Part shown: in pieces, positions 19,794 through 30,315 of the stretch
How the letters are laid out: every line of letters begins with the position of its first letter
Position numbering within the stretch: the first letter of the stretch is position 1
NCBI GenBank assembly: GCA_033812795.1
Contig: JAPXSY010000004.1
Span: forward strand, 20,768 to 84,767
Length of the DNA: 64,000 bases
Source of the DNA: Kiritimatiellia bacterium
Lineage (GTDB): Bacteria > Verrucomicrobiota > Kiritimatiellia > RFP12 > UBA1067
Direction of reading: 5' to 3'
Position numbers and translations under genes: made by a program
Notes under the pieces: model-generated
Databases searched by the model: none
What the model was told of the DNA's origin: nothing
What the model saw: only the letters and a program-made list of their open reading frames with translations

Positions 19794-20072
19794 AACCTCT
19801 CTTATTGCGGCCACCCAGTGGTCGCAACCGTGAGAGTAAAACAGGGTGACCATCTCAGGGCGACGCCGAATAGGGGCACGGGTTTTCCAAATACCGGGAA
19901 GGTGCTCATACCATGACCGCGAAACGCTGGCTTGGATCGCGTGCGGAAAAGAGCGGTTGACGCCTTTGGGGAGGCTCCGTACACTTCCTTCCCTATCAGG
20001 GGATCAGGCGGCGGACGCGGACGGTCTCCGGAGGCCTGGCCGGGGGCGGACTTGTCCGGCGCGGTGATCTTT

Positions 20073-22901
20073 ATGACAGACATCCTCATCAGTGGCGCGC
20101 GGCAGCATAATCTCAAGAATGTCGATGTGCGCATCCCGCGTGATTCGCTTACGGTGATCACCGGGCTCAGCGGTTCCGGCAAATCGTCGTTGGCGTTTGA
20201 CACGCTCTATGCCGAGGGGCAGCGCCGGTATGTCGAGAGTCTCTCGGCCTATGCGCGGCAGTTTCTGGACCGGATGCAGAAGCCCGACGTGGACCATATC
20301 GAAGGGCTGTCGCCCGCGATCGCAATCGAGCAGCGGACATCCGGCGGGAATCCCCGCTCCGTCGTGGCCACGGTGACGGAGATCCACGATTATCTGCGCC
20401 TGCTGTACGGCAGCATCGGACAGGCGCATTGTCCCGAGTGCGGCAAACCGGTGGGGCGGCAGAGCGCGGAGCAGATCGTGGACCGCCTGTCGGGCGAGCC
20501 AGCGGGAAGCAAGCTGATTCTGCTGGCACCTTTGGTGCGGGGACGCAAGGGTCGGCATGAGGAGGTGCTCGAGGCGGCCCGGCGTCAGGGTTTTGTCCGG
20601 ATCCGTGTGGATGGGAACCTGTTTGCGTTGGACGACGTGCCGCGGCTGGAGAAGAACAAAGCGCACACCCTTGAGGTGGTGGTGGACCGGCTGGTGGCGG
20701 GGGACGGGGTGCATGCGCGGCTCACCGACTCGGTCGAGTTGGGGCTGAAACAGGGTAACGGCCTCATTCTGGTGCAGGTGACCCGGCCGGACGGTAAGAC
20801 GCGCGAGGAGGTGTTTTCCGAAAAGAATGCGTGTCCGGATTGCGGGATCAGTTTTGAAGAGCTAAAGCCGCGGTCGTTCTCCTTCAACAATCCGTATGGC
20901 GCCTGTCCGGTTTGTGCGGGATTGGGCGCCCAATTGGTTTTTGACGAGGAGCGGGTGGTGCCGAACAAAACCCTGTCGCTGGCCGAAGGCGCGATTCAGC
21001 CCTGGCGTCACGGCGGGTTCCGCATGGTGGTTTACTACAAACACCTCACCAAGGCGGTGGCTGCGGCGTACGGGGTGGATTTGAACACGCCGTATCAGGA
21101 GTTGCCCGAGCGTTTCCGGCAGATTCTCCTGCACGGTAGCGGGGAGGAACCGGTGACGCTGCGGTTCTGGATGCGCGGTGCCTGGCGCAAAACCGAAAAG
21201 CCGTTCGAAGGCGTGCTGCCGAGTCTGTTGCGGCGCTACAACGAATCGGAGTTTGACGAGGTGCGGGAAAAACTCCGGCAATACATGAGCCGTCAGACCT
21301 GTCCGGCCTGTCAGGGGGCGCGTCTGCGTCCCGAGGCCCGCGTCTGCACCGTGTCAGGCCGTTCGCTGGTGGAGGTGATGGCCATGACGATCCGGCAGGG
21401 GGTGGCGTTTTTCGACAAACTGAAGTTGGATGCGGCGCAGGCGGCGGCGGTCTCCGAGGTGTTGAAAGAGATTCGCCGCCGGCTCGCGTTCCTTTCGGAT
21501 GTGGGGCTCGATTATCTCTCGCTCGACCGGGAGAGTTCGACCCTTTCCGGCGGCGAGATGCAGCGCATTCGGCTGGCCACGCAGATCGGGTCCGGGCTGG
21601 TCGGTGTGTTGTATGTGCTGGACGAGCCGACGATCGGTCTTCATCCGCGTGACAACGAGCGGCTCATCGGCATGCTGCGCCGGCTGCAGCGGCGCGGCAA
21701 CACCGTGGTGGTGGTCGAGCATGACGAGGAGATGATCCGAAATGCGGACCACATTGTGGATTTGGGGCCCCGGGCCGGACGTCAGGGTGGCGAGGTGGTG
21801 TATCAGGGAGGGTTAAAGGGACTGCTGGCCAGCAGGCATTCCCTGACGGCCGATTACCTGACCGGACGCATGCGGATCGCGATCCCTGAGGCGCGCGTCC
21901 AACCGGGTCCGGCCCGGCTCACCATCAAGGGGGCTGCGGAAAACAATCTCCGGAACATCGATGTGGAGATCCCGCTCGGTTGTTTCGTCTGTGTGACGGG
22001 GGTCTCCGGGTCCGGCAAATCCACACTGGTGGGCGAGATACTCAAGAACTACCTGTTCCGCCATTTCTACGGTTCCAAAGAGCGCGTGGGGGCCTGCAAG
22101 AAAATCACCGGGATCGAAGGGATCGACAGCGTCATCGAGATTGATCAGAGCCCGATCGGGCGCACGCCCCGCAGCAACCCAGTCACCTACACCGGGGCCT
22201 TCACACCGATCCGCAGCCTGTTCGCCGCCACGCCCGCGGCCAAGGTGCGCGGGTACGGTCCGGGGCGCTTCAGCTTCAACGTCAAGGGCGGTCGGTGCGA
22301 AGTGTGCAAGGGGGACGGCGTGCGCTGTCTGGAAATGCACTTTCTGCCGGATGTGTACGTGACCTGCGAGCAATGCGGCGGGCAGCGTTACAATAAAGAG
22401 ACACTGGAGGTCCGGTACGGTGGCAGGAACATCTCCGAGGTGTTGAATCTGACGGTGGACGAGGCGCTCGAGTTCTTTGCCCCGGTGCCGGCGGTCGCCA
22501 AGAAACTGCGGACTCTATCCGAGGTCGGGTTGGGATACATTCATTTGGGTCAGGCCTCGACGACCCTTTCGGGGGGCGAGGCGCAGCGCATCAAGCTGGC
22601 CGCCGAACTGTCGAAGCGCTCGACCGGCCGGACGCTGTATCTGTTGGACGAGCCGACGACCGGCCTGCACTTCGCGGATATTCACAAACTGCTCGATCTC
22701 CTGTTGCGGTTGCGTGAATCCGGCAACACGGTGGTGGTGATCGAACATAATCCGGATGTGATCAAATGTGCGGATCACCTCATTGATCTCGGGCCGGGCG
22801 GGGGGGACGAGGGCGGGTGGCTGGTTGCGACCGGCACGCCGGAGGAGGTCGCCGCCTGCCCGGACTCCGTGACGGGACGCTTTCTGAAGCGGCATCTGTG
22901 A
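20073..22901 (+). CDS. uvrA: excinuclease ABC subunit A
   Basis: [53 protein letters not shown] is the canonical UvrA N-terminus. Second ABC module [10 protein letters not shown] and zinc-finger Cys clusters are present. The ORF-track start at 19932 adds 47 non-conserved residues. Confidence 0.97.
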   Translation: MTDILISGARQHNLKNVDVRIPRDSLTVITGLSGSGKSSLAFDTLYAEGQRRYVESLSAYARQFLDRMQKPDVDHIEGLSPAIAIEQRTSGGNPRSVVATVTEIHDYLRLLYGSIGQAHCPECGKPVGRQSAEQIVDRLSGEPAGSKLILLAPLVRGRKGRHEEVLEAARRQGFVRIRVDGNLFALDDVPRLEKNKAHTLEVVVDRLVAGDGVHARLTDSVELGLKQGNGLILVQVTRPDGKTREEVFSEKNACPDCGISFEELKPRSFSFNNPYGACPVCAGLGAQLVFDEERVVPNKTLSLAEGAIQPWRHGGFRMVVYYKHLTKAVAAAYGVDLNTPYQELPERFRQILLHGSGEEPVTLRFWMRGAWRKTEKPFEGVLPSLLRRYNESEFDEVREKLRQYMSRQTCPACQGARLRPEARVCTVSGRSLVEVMAMTIRQGVAFFDKLKLDAAQAAAVSEVLKEIRRRLAFLSDVGLDYLSLDRESSTLSGGEMQRIRLATQIGSGLVGVLYVLDEPTIGLHPRDNERLIGMLRRLQRRGNTVVVVEHDEEMIRNADHIVDLGPRAGRQGGEVVYQGGLKGLLASRHSLTADYLTGRMRIAIPEARVQPGPARLTIKGAAENNLRNIDVEIPLGCFVCVTGVSGSGKSTLVGEILKNYLFRHFYGSKERVGACKKITGIEGIDSVIEIDQSPIGRTPRSNPVTYTGAFTPIRSLFAATPAAKVRGYGPGRFSFNVKGGRCEVCKGDGVRCLEMHFLPDVYVTCEQCGGQRYNKETLEVRYGGRNISEVLNLTVDEALEFFAPVPAVAKKLRTLSEVGLGYIHLGQASTTLSGGEAQRIKLAAELSKRSTGRTLYLLDEPTTGLHFADIHKLLDLLLRLRESGNTVVVIEHNPDVIKCADHLIDLGPGGGDEGGWLVATGTPEEVAACPDSVTGRFLKRHL

Positions 22902-22969
22902 GGCGCGCTGACGCTTTTTGGGGGGAGGGAACGTGGGATGTGTCCGTCATGCCTGTCGCGAAGCATGGG

Positions 22970-23350
22970 CGGGGGACGGTTCCCTGAACCGTCCGCGGAC
23001 GCCTCGGGGAGGCGTCCCTGCCGTGAACCTAAAAAGAGCAGTTGAACCTTCAACTCTCTTGGGTTTCTGGGTTTCAAGGTTTCTGGGTTTCAGGGTTTCA
23101 TCGGGGTCGGGATCGGGATCGCTATCGGGTTTCTGGTTTCAGGATTTCATCCAAATCGGGATCGGGATCGGGTTTCAAGGTTTCAGGGTTTCTGGTTTCA
23201 AGGTTTCTGGTTTCAGGATTTCATCCAAATCGGGGTCGGGATCGGGATCGCTATCGGGATCGATTGCTTCACCACGTGACAAAAGGTAGGGCGGTTTCCC
23301 CGTAAACCGCCGCCGGGCCATGCGGACGCCTCGGGGAGGCGTCCCTGCCG
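22970..23350. repeat. mosaic intergenic repeat region bounded by a perfect 29-bp direct repeat
   Basis: GCGGACGCCTCGGGGAGGCGTCCCTGCCG occurs at 22995-23023 and 23322-23350, and each copy contains a 9-bp-stem palindrome. 23026-23067 is identical to 3064-3105. 23061-23262 holds tandem GGGTTTCWG and GGGATC words. The junction GGTTTCAGGATTTCATCCAAATCGGG is repeated at about 23134 and 23208 (also about 3127). Confidence 0.85.
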
Positions 23351-23386
23351 CACTTTCGGAGTTCGGCGTTCGATGTCCAACATTCG

Positions 23387-24244
23387 TCAATCTTGGGCAG
23401 TGGGCGGGGGAGACGGCGCGGCAGCGGTTTTCCTGTGTTCCCGGCGCAACAAGTTCCGGAAGGCCGCACCGCAGACAGGGATGGAGAGCAGGTAGAGGAT
23501 GCCGATGATCCCCAGGGTCAGCCAGAACTGGGAGACGAGCATGCCGATCAGGAACATGACGGTCAGCAGTACCGGCATCAGATAGCGGGGCGGCACGTGC
23601 AGGTTTTTGGCGGAGAGGGTCGGAAAACGGCTGGCCATGAGGATGCCGCAGAGTAGCAGCATGCCTCCCCCGATCCACGGGGATTGCAGGAAGGACGCTC
23701 CGGTGTGGAGATGCCAGATCGCGGGCGTCAGGACGAGTCCCGCGGCGCCGGGCGCAGGCAGGCCCATGAAAAACGGTTTCCAATGCGGCTGGGTCGGACC
23801 GCCGTCCAGCATGATGTTGAACCGCGCGAGGCGGAAGGCGCAGCACATGGCGTAGAAAAGCGCCAGCGCCCAGAACAGGCCGCGGAACGAATAGGCGGCA
23901 CTGTCGCGCGCCACGGTCTCCATGATCCAGAAGTAGACGAAAAGGGCCGGTGCCACGCCGAAGCTCACGAAATCGGCGAGGGAATCCAGTTCCGCGCCGA
24001 GTTTGGAAGTGGCGCGCAGCATGCGCGCCACCCGGCCGTCCAAGCCATCCAGCACGCAGGCGATGATGATCGCGATCACGGCGTTGCGGCTGTGCCCCTC
24101 ATACCCGCTGCAACTGTAACGGATCGAGGTGATGCCGCTCGCCGCCGCCATCAGCGTGACGAGGTTCGGGATCATTGACCGGACCGGCACGCCACGGCGC
24201 GCGCGGACCTTGTGCTTACGTTTGCGGAAACGGAATTTGCCCAT
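23387..24244 (-). CDS. pssA: CDP-diacylglycerol--serine O-phosphatidyltransferase
   Basis: CDP-alcohol phosphatidyltransferase motif DGLDGRVARM…GAELDSLADFVSFGVAP. Multi-TM, 285 aa, immediately downstream of psd. Confidence 0.9.
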   Translation of the reverse strand: MGKFRFRKRKHKVRARRGVPVRSMIPNLVTLMAAASGITSIRYSCSGYEGHSRNAVIAIIIACVLDGLDGRVARMLRATSKLGAELDSLADFVSFGVAPALFVYFWIMETVARDSAAYSFRGLFWALALFYAMCCAFRLARFNIMLDGGPTQPHWKPFFMGLPAPGAAGLVLTPAIWHLHTGASFLQSPWIGGGMLLLCGILMASRFPTLSAKNLHVPPRYLMPVLLTVMFLIGMLVSQFWLTLGIIGILYLLSIPVCGAAFRNLLRREHRKTAAAPSPPPTAQD

Positions 24245-24267
24245 AATGGTATCTGGAAAAACGTGTG

Positions 24268-24894
24268 TTAGAGTCGGGCGATTTCGGTTTCGCCCGCGAC
24301 CATCACTTGCCCGAGACGGACGGTGGGCGTCACGCCGGGCGGGAGATACACATCCACCCGGCTGCCGAAGCGGATCAGGCCGAAACGCTCGGCCCGTTCC
24401 AATGTCTGGCCTTCGTTGACAAACCGGACGATGCGGCGGGCGATGAGCCCCGCGATCTGCACCACGGCAAACAGTTGGCCCGAATGCGCGCGCAGGAGAT
24501 AAAGCTGGCGTTCGTTGTCTGTGCTGGCCTTGTCGCGTGACGCGTTGAAAAAGGCACCCGGCACGTAACGGGTCTTCACCACGGTTCCGGCCGCGGGCAT
24601 CCGGTTGACATGGACGTTGAACACGCTCATGAAGACGCTGACGCGCCAGACCGGTGTTTCATCCTCCGTCAGCTCGATGGGGAAAGGGAGCTGCGTGATG
24701 AGGCTGACGATCCCGTCCGCCGGGCTGACCACGGCGCGGGGATCAGCGGGCGGCACACGCTCCGGGTCGCGGAAAAAGAGGTAAACCCCGTAGGTCAGCA
24801 GCACTCCCGGCAGACCCAGCGGAAGGCGGATCCATGTGAGCAGCAGGGCGATCCCTGCGGCCGCGAACACCCAAGCGCGGCCCTCCGGGTGCAT
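24268..24894 (-). CDS. psd: phosphatidylserine decarboxylase (short form)
   Basis: [15 protein letters not shown] contains the GS self-cleavage site. N-terminal TM segment. ATG at 24894 is preferred over the track start 24993, which adds 33 residues; the start is uncertain. Confidence 0.85.
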   Translation of the reverse strand: MHPEGRAWVFAAAGIALLLTWIRLPLGLPGVLLTYGVYLFFRDPERVPPADPRAVVSPADGIVSLITQLPFPIELTEDETPVWRVSVFMSVFNVHVNRMPAAGTVVKTRYVPGAFFNASRDKASTDNERQLYLLRAHSGQLFAVVQIAGLIARRIVRFVNEGQTLERAERFGLIRFGSRVDVYLPPGVTPTVRLGQVMVAGETEIARL

Positions 24895-25076
24895 CCGGGG
24901 GAAAAGAAAGCGTTTACAGGACAAATCTGGTGTACTCACAAGAGAAAACCCCAATGAAAAAACCAGTATGTCAGGAGAGGGGGGGCAATGCAAGAACGGA
25001 ACGAAAATCGGCGGCGACCGCGAAAGATTTCGCGTTGCGTCGCGTGCGCGGACCTGATAAAGTTACACGCCCATAC

Positions 25077-25724
25077 ATGAAAATAGTCGTTCTTCTGGGT
25101 GGACCGGGTTCGGGGAAAGGCACCATCGCCACGCGGCTGGTGGCTGCGGACCGCACGTTCCGTCATGTTTCGAGCGGAGATCTTTTGCGTGAGGCGGTGC
25201 GGCTTCAAACGGATGCGGGGCGTGAGGCGGACGGGTATATGAAGCGGGGCGAGTTGGTGCCGGACGAACTGGTCGCCGCGATGATCCGGGAATGGATGGG
25301 GCGGTCCGGCGAGGGTGCGAGCACTCTGCTGCTGGACGGATTCCCCCGCACGGTGCGGCAGGCCGAGATTTTGGACGAGACGGCGGCTGGTTGCGGGGCC
25401 GAGCTTTCCGCGGCCGTGTTGCTTGAGGTGGACGACGCGACCCTGTTCGACCGGATTGCCGGACGGCGCGGTTGTCCAGGATGCGGGGCGGGGTATCACG
25501 TGACGAATATCCCGCCCAAGCGGGAGGGCGTGTGCGATGTGTGCGGGAGCGCACTGGTGACCCGGAAAGACGACAGTTTCGAGACGGTGCGGAACCGGCT
25601 GGAGGTGTATCGGAACCAGACCCTTCCCCTGATTGATTTTTATCGGGCGCGAGGCGTGTTGCGGCGGGTGGCCGGCACGGGGCCGATTGAGGGGATTGTG
25701 GATCGGGTCAGGTGCGCGATATGA
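25077..25724 (+). CDS. adk: adenylate kinase
   Basis: MKIVVLLGGPGSGKGT P-loop and a Cys4 lid (CPGCGAGYH…CDVCGS). The track ORF start 24930 is an upstream extension. Confidence 0.95.
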   Translation: MKIVVLLGGPGSGKGTIATRLVAADRTFRHVSSGDLLREAVRLQTDAGREADGYMKRGELVPDELVAAMIREWMGRSGEGASTLLLDGFPRTVRQAEILDETAAGCGAELSAAVLLEVDDATLFDRIAGRRGCPGCGAGYHVTNIPPKREGVCDVCGSALVTRKDDSFETVRNRLEVYRNQTLPLIDFYRARGVLRRVAGTGPIEGIVDRVRCAI

Positions 25725-26491
25725 TGGCGATACCGGTGAAAAACGCTGCGGAGTTGGAGGCGATGCGCGTGAGCGGCAGGATGACCGCGGAGGTCCTGCG
25801 GCAGGTGGCGGAGGCGGTGCGGCCGGGCGTGACGACGGGTGAGTTGGATGCCCTGACCCGGCGGCTCATCGGGGAGATGGGGGCCAAACCCTCGTTTCTC
25901 GGGTACCGCGGGTATCCGGGCGCGATTTGTATTTCGATCAACGATGAAGTGATCCACGGCATTCCGGGAAGCCGGGTTGTGCAACCGGGTGACGTGGTGA
26001 GCCTTGACGTAGGAGTGTATTACAACGGGTTCAACGGGGATTCGGCCACCACCGTGATGGTGGGGGTCCGGGATCCCGATACGATCCGTCTGGTGGAGGC
26101 GACCCGCCGCGCATTGGCGGCGGGAGTGGCCGCTGTCAGGCCGGGTGCCCGGCTCTCCGATGTTTCGCATGCGGTGGAAAGCGTCGCGCGGGCATCGGGG
26201 TGTTCGGTGGTCCGGGATTTCGTCGGTCACGGCGTGGGGCGTCATCTCCACGAGGAACCGCAGATCCCGAACTACGGGTTGCCCGGACGCGGTCCCGTCC
26301 TGAAGCCGGGGATGACGTTGGCGATTGAGCCGATGGTCAATCTCGGCAGGCCGGAAGTGGCCGTTTTGGATGACGGGTGGACCGTGGTGACGCGGGACGG
26401 GAAACCGTCCGCGCACTTCGAGCACACCGTGGCCGTGCTCGAAGAAGGGGCGGAGATTCTGACGCGGTCAGAGAATTTCCAAACTTTGTGA
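25721..26491 (+). CDS. map: type I methionine aminopeptidase
   Basis: MMAIPVKNAAELEAMR…, FLGYRGYPGAICISINDEVIHGIP, SLDVGVYYNGFNGDSA, HGVGRHLHEEP, LAIEPM, FEHTV metal-ligand motifs. The ATG at 25721 overlaps the adk stop (ATGA). Confidence 0.95.
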   Translation: MMAIPVKNAAELEAMRVSGRMTAEVLRQVAEAVRPGVTTGELDALTRRLIGEMGAKPSFLGYRGYPGAICISINDEVIHGIPGSRVVQPGDVVSLDVGVYYNGFNGDSATTVMVGVRDPDTIRLVEATRRALAAGVAAVRPGARLSDVSHAVESVARASGCSVVRDFVGHGVGRHLHEEPQIPNYGLPGRGPVLKPGMTLAIEPMVNLGRPEVAVLDDGWTVVTRDGKPSAHFEHTVAVLEEGAEILTRSENFQTL

Positions 26492-26552
26492 TAGACAGGG
26501 CGACGGACTTTTGGTTCAATCTAAAACCTTTTTTTGAACAAGGGAAAAGACC

Positions 26553-26666
26553 ATGAAGGTTCGCAGTTCAGTGCGGCGCATTTGTGAGCGTTGCCGGGTG
26601 GTACGTCGCAAAGGCGTCGTTCGCATCATTTGTACGAATCCCCGCCATAAGCAGCGCCAAGGTTAA
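26553..26666 (+). CDS. rpmJ: 50S ribosomal protein L36
   Basis: Not in the ORF track because it is under 60 aa. Translates to [37 protein letters not shown]. Confidence 0.93.
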   Translation: MKVRSSVRRICERCRVVRRKGVVRIICTNPRHKQRQG

Positions 26667-26681
26667 CGGAAGAGGACAACC

Positions 26682-27086
26682 ATGCCGAGATTGATGGGTG
26701 TGGATATCCCGGGCAGGAAGCGTGTGGAATACGCGCTCCGGTATATTCATGGAATCGGTCCCAAACGGGCCCGTGACGTGGTCGAGTTTTGTAAAATTGA
26801 CCCGGCCAAAAAAGCGGACGATCTCTCGCCGGACGAGATCCGGCAGATCGTGGCGCACATTCAGGACAAATACCGGGTGGAAGGCGATCTCCGGCGTGAG
26901 GTTTCGCAGAACATCCGCCGTCTGATCAGCATTGGGACGTACCGCGGATTGCGCCATAAGCGCGGGCTGCCGGTACGCGGGCAACGGACCCGCACCAATG
27001 CGCGGACCCGGAAGGGTGGAAAACGGACGGTGGGTGCGGTGCGTGACAAGATGGCACGGGCGGCCATCAAGGCCAAGAGCTCCTAA
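26682..27086 (+). CDS. rpsM: 30S ribosomal protein S13
   Basis: MPRLMGVDIPGRKRVEYALRYIHGIGPKRA…GLRHKRGLPVRGQRTRTNART. Confidence 0.96.
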   Translation: MPRLMGVDIPGRKRVEYALRYIHGIGPKRARDVVEFCKIDPAKKADDLSPDEIRQIVAHIQDKYRVEGDLRREVSQNIRRLISIGTYRGLRHKRGLPVRGQRTRTNARTRKGGKRTVGAVRDKMARAAIKAKSS

Positions 27087-27163
27087 CAACCCGGCGTCGG
27101 CACGGCTCTCTGCTGTTAGCGCAGGGGGAAGGTGCCCGCCACACCATTTAAAGGCTGAGACGC

Positions 27164-27676
27164 ATGAGCGAAGAAGAAGCGAAGAAAGAAGCGAAGAAAG
27201 AAGAAGAGCAGGCCGCTGCTTCCGAGCAGCAGCCGGAGATCAGTGAGGCGCAGGCCGTGTTATCCGAGGGGGATGACCCCACCAAAACCGGTACCGCGGA
27301 TGTGGCTAAGAAAAAAGGCAAGACAAAGTCGATTCCCGCGGGCATCGCCTTTGTCCGGTCGACGTTCAACAACACGCTGGTATCGATTACGGATGCCCGC
27401 GGCGGGGTGATCGCCTGGAGTTCGGCCGGGAAGGCCGGATTCAAGGGATCGCGCAAGAGCACCGCGTTCGCGGCCACCATGGTAGCGCAGGATGCCGCCC
27501 GTCAGGCGATCGCCAAAGGGATGCACGAAGTGGAAGTCAGGATTCAGGGCGCAGGCGCGGGCCGCGAATCGGCCGTGCGCGCGATCCAGTCCGTCGGCAT
27601 TCACATCACCCTGCTCAAGGATTGCACGCCGATCCCCCATAACGGGTGCCGTCCGCGTAAACGGAGGAGAGTCTAA
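27164..27676 (+). CDS. rpsK: 30S ribosomal protein S11 (with acidic N-terminal extension, or GTG start at 27302)
   Basis: Core is [57 protein letters not shown]. The ATG at 27164 adds about 46 Glu/Lys/Ala-rich residues. The in-frame GTG at 27302 would give the canonical MAKKKGK N-terminus. Confidence 0.9.
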   Translation: MSEEEAKKEAKKEEEQAAASEQQPEISEAQAVLSEGDDPTKTGTADVAKKKGKTKSIPAGIAFVRSTFNNTLVSITDARGGVIAWSSAGKAGFKGSRKSTAFAATMVAQDAARQAIAKGMHEVEVRIQGAGAGRESAVRAIQSVGIHITLLKDCTPIPHNGCRPRKRRRV

Positions 27677-27677
27677 C

Positions 27678-28307
27678 ATGGGAAGATATACTGGCCCCGT
27701 TTGCCGCATTTGCCGGCGCGAGGGGCAAAAGCTGTTTTTGAAGGGCGCACGGTGCTACATGGCGAAGTGCGCGATCGAGCAGGGCAAGCCGGCGCCCGGT
27801 CAGCACGGCACGCGCCGCGGCCGTAAAATTTCCGGATACGGGGAGCAACTCCGCCAGAAGCAGAGCCTGCGACGCCAGTTCGGCATGCAGGAACTGCAGT
27901 TCAAGCGGTTCTTCAAAGAGGCCCTGCGCCGGAAAGGGGTCACCGGCGAGATCTTGCTGCAGTTGTTGGAAACCCGCATGGACAATCTGGTTTACCGGCT
28001 CGGTTTCGCGTCTTCGCGCCGCGCTGCCCGTCAGTTCGTGCTCCACGGCCACATGGCGGTGAACGGCAAGAAGGTCGCGGTCCCCTCCATGATCCTCAAG
28101 GTCGGGGATGTGATTGAAGTCCGGGACCGCGCACGTAGCCGAGACCTCGCCACACGCAGCCTTGAGGCCGCCACCACCCAGCAGACGCCGGCCTGGCTCG
28201 CGCTGGACAGGAAGGCCTTCCGCGCTGAGTTGTTGAGTATCCCGACGCGCGAGCAGATCGCGCCGATCGTGGATGAGCAGGCGATTGTCGAATTGTACTC
28301 GCGTTAA
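27678..28307 (+). CDS. rpsD: 30S ribosomal protein S4
   Basis: MGRYTGPVCRICRREGQKLFLKG…, with an S4 RNA-binding domain at the C-terminus. The track ORF starts upstream in the rpsK overlap region. Confidence 0.95.
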   Translation: MGRYTGPVCRICRREGQKLFLKGARCYMAKCAIEQGKPAPGQHGTRRGRKISGYGEQLRQKQSLRRQFGMQELQFKRFFKEALRRKGVTGEILLQLLETRMDNLVYRLGFASSRRAARQFVLHGHMAVNGKKVAVPSMILKVGDVIEVRDRARSRDLATRSLEAATTQQTPAWLALDRKAFRAELLSIPTREQIAPIVDEQAIVELYSR

Positions 28308-28372
28308 GCGCAGATGTACTGACGGCCGCCGTCTCCCAAAGGGGGGGCGGGCGGTCTGAAAGGAATGGGAAC

Positions 28373-29368
28373 ATGCCGATTCGTTTAAGCCATTTTGAGA
28401 TGCCCCGGCGCGTGCAGAAGGAAGAGAACACCGCGACCGCGACCTATACGCGTTTTGTCGCGGAGCCGTTTGAGGTGGGTTACGCCCGCACCATCGGCAA
28501 CTCGATCCGACGTGTGCTGTTGTCCTCTATCGAGGGCGTGGCGGTCACCTCCGTGAAGATCGCGGGCGCGAGTCACGAGTTCTGCGCCCTGCCCGGCATC
28601 AGCGAGGATGTCACGGACATCATCCTGAACCTCAAGCGGCTGTTGTTCAAGAGCTATAGCCGTAACCCGGTCTGGATCAAGTTGCACAAGAAGGGGCCGT
28701 GCGTCGTGACGGCGGCGGATTTTGCCGAGGAGAGTGCGGTGGAGGTGCTCAACCCCACTCAGTACATCGCCACGCTGGATACAGACGGGGTGCTGGACCT
28801 GGAGGCGGAAATCCGTATAGGACGCGGGTTCTGTCCGGCCGAGGGCAACAAGACGCCGGAACAGGAGATCGGGCGCATTCCGATCGATAGCGTTTTCTCT
28901 CCGGTCACCCGTGTGAATTTCCTCGTGGAAAACACCCGGGTGGGGCAGCGCACGGATTATGAGAAGCTGATCCTCGATGTCTGGACCGACGGGCGTGTCT
29001 CGCCGGAGGAAGCCCTCAAGACCTCGGCGGCCGTGTTGCGCCACCACCTCGACGTGTTTGTGGACTATAGCGAGGAAGTGCTGGAGTTCGAGGAGTCGGA
29101 GAAGAAGGTCGATGAGGAGCGTGACCGTCTGCGCCGTATCCTTAACATGAGCGTGAACGAGATCGAGTTGAGTGTCCGCGCCGCGAACTGCCTGAACAAC
29201 GCGAACATCACCACGGTGGGCGAGTTGGCGATGAAGACCGAGGCCGACATGTTGAAGTACCGGAACTTCGGCAAGAAATCGCTGAACGAGATCAAGGATA
29301 AACTCACCGAGTTGGGGCTCTATCTGGGGTACAAGTTCGACCCGGACCTGTTCGAAGATAACAAGTAA
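28373..29368 (+). CDS. rpoA: DNA-directed RNA polymerase alpha subunit
   Basis: 331 aa with N-terminal dimerisation domain (FVAEPFEVGYARTIGNSIRRVLLSSIEG) and C-terminal domain (ELSVRAANCLNNANITTVGEL). Confidence 0.96.
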   Translation: MPIRLSHFEMPRRVQKEENTATATYTRFVAEPFEVGYARTIGNSIRRVLLSSIEGVAVTSVKIAGASHEFCALPGISEDVTDIILNLKRLLFKSYSRNPVWIKLHKKGPCVVTAADFAEESAVEVLNPTQYIATLDTDGVLDLEAEIRIGRGFCPAEGNKTPEQEIGRIPIDSVFSPVTRVNFLVENTRVGQRTDYEKLILDVWTDGRVSPEEALKTSAAVLRHHLDVFVDYSEEVLEFEESEKKVDEERDRLRRILNMSVNEIELSVRAANCLNNANITTVGELAMKTEADMLKYRNFGKKSLNEIKDKLTELGLYLGYKFDPDLFEDNK

Positions 29369-29387
29369 ACGTTTGAGGTTCTGAGAG

Positions 29388-29798
29388 ATGCGTCATAAAA
29401 GATTAGCGAAAAAGTTCGGGCGGTCCATGTCACATCGTAAGGCGCTCATGAGCAGCCTTGTGGCGAATCTGGTGCTGCAGGACAGCATCAAGACGACGTT
29501 GGCCAAAGCGAAACAGGCCCGTAAGGATGCCGAGAAGATGGTCACGCTGGCCCGGAAAGGGACCTTGGCCTCACGGCGTCTTGCGGCGGCGCGTCTGCGG
29601 AGCCCGTCCGCCGTGCAGAGGCTGTTTGACAGCGTCGTGCCGGCGATGGACGGTCGGAACGGTGGCTACACGCGGATTCTTAAACTCGGCCAACGCCGCA
29701 GTGACGGCTCGGAGATGTGCCTGTTGCAGTGGGTCGTGCCTCCGGTGAAGAAGGCCGAGGCTGTTGAAGCGGACGCTGCGGCGGCGAAGAAAAGCTGA
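29388..29798 (+). CDS. rplQ: 50S ribosomal protein L17
   Basis: MRHKRLAKKFGRSMSHRKALMSSLVANL…GGYTRILKLGQRRSDGSEM. Confidence 0.95.
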   Translation: MRHKRLAKKFGRSMSHRKALMSSLVANLVLQDSIKTTLAKAKQARKDAEKMVTLARKGTLASRRLAAARLRSPSAVQRLFDSVVPAMDGRNGGYTRILKLGQRRSDGSEMCLLQWVVPPVKKAEAVEADAAAAKKS

Positions 29799-29821
29799 GC
29801 CGACTGCCTGCCTGACGCGGT

Positions 29822-30298
29822 CTAAAAGGACGGTCCCCGATGGGGGCCGTCTTTTTCCTTTTCAACCCCCTGCCGCCGATGGCGCGCGCGTACCCGCCAG
29901 CCCGCCAGCCCCGCCGCTATCGACGCACCCAACAGATTGGCCAGCGCGTCGAACCAGTCGAATCCACGGCTCACGGTCAGCCCGTGCTGGAAAAACTCCA
30001 TGAGCAGCCCGTACCCGCCTGCGGCCAGTGCCACGCCGGTCCAGCAGGAGGCCCGTTCTTTGGCCTTTGGCGAGAGGGCGTGAAAAAGCGCGCGGGACAG
30101 CGCCGCATAGAGCAGGGCGTGGATCAGCTTGTCCCATCCCGGAATAAACGCCGCGGAAGGTATGACGCGCTTGAAATATGCGGCGGGAAGCAACGAGAGC
30201 ATCGGGATCGCCAGCGCGATGAAAGTCGCCGGGGCAAAACGGGCAAAGGCCTGATGGCGAAAATCGAAGTTTCCGGAATCCTTTTTGTCCATGACCAT
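29822..30298 (-). CDS. VanZ-like family membrane protein
   Basis: 158 aa, 4 TM, …WDKLIHALLYAALSRALFHAL…FQHGLTVSRGFDWFDALANLLGASI resembles the VanZ-like signature. Confidence 0.65.
   Translation of the reverse strand: MVMDKKDSGNFDFRHQAFARFAPATFIALAIPMLSLLPAAYFKRVIPSAAFIPGWDKLIHALLYAALSRALFHALSPKAKERASCWTGVALAAGGYGLLMEFFQHGLTVSRGFDWFDALANLLGASIAAGLAGWRVRARHRRQGVEKEKDGPHRGPSF
29829..29856 (+). terminator. rho-independent terminator after rplQ
   Basis: 10-bp stem GACGGTCCCC / GGGGGCCGTC (one G-U pair) with loop GAT, followed by TTTTT. It overlaps the last codons of the convergent VanZ-like ORF. Confidence 0.6.
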
Positions 30299-30315
30299 AA
30301 TCGATCGGGATCGTG

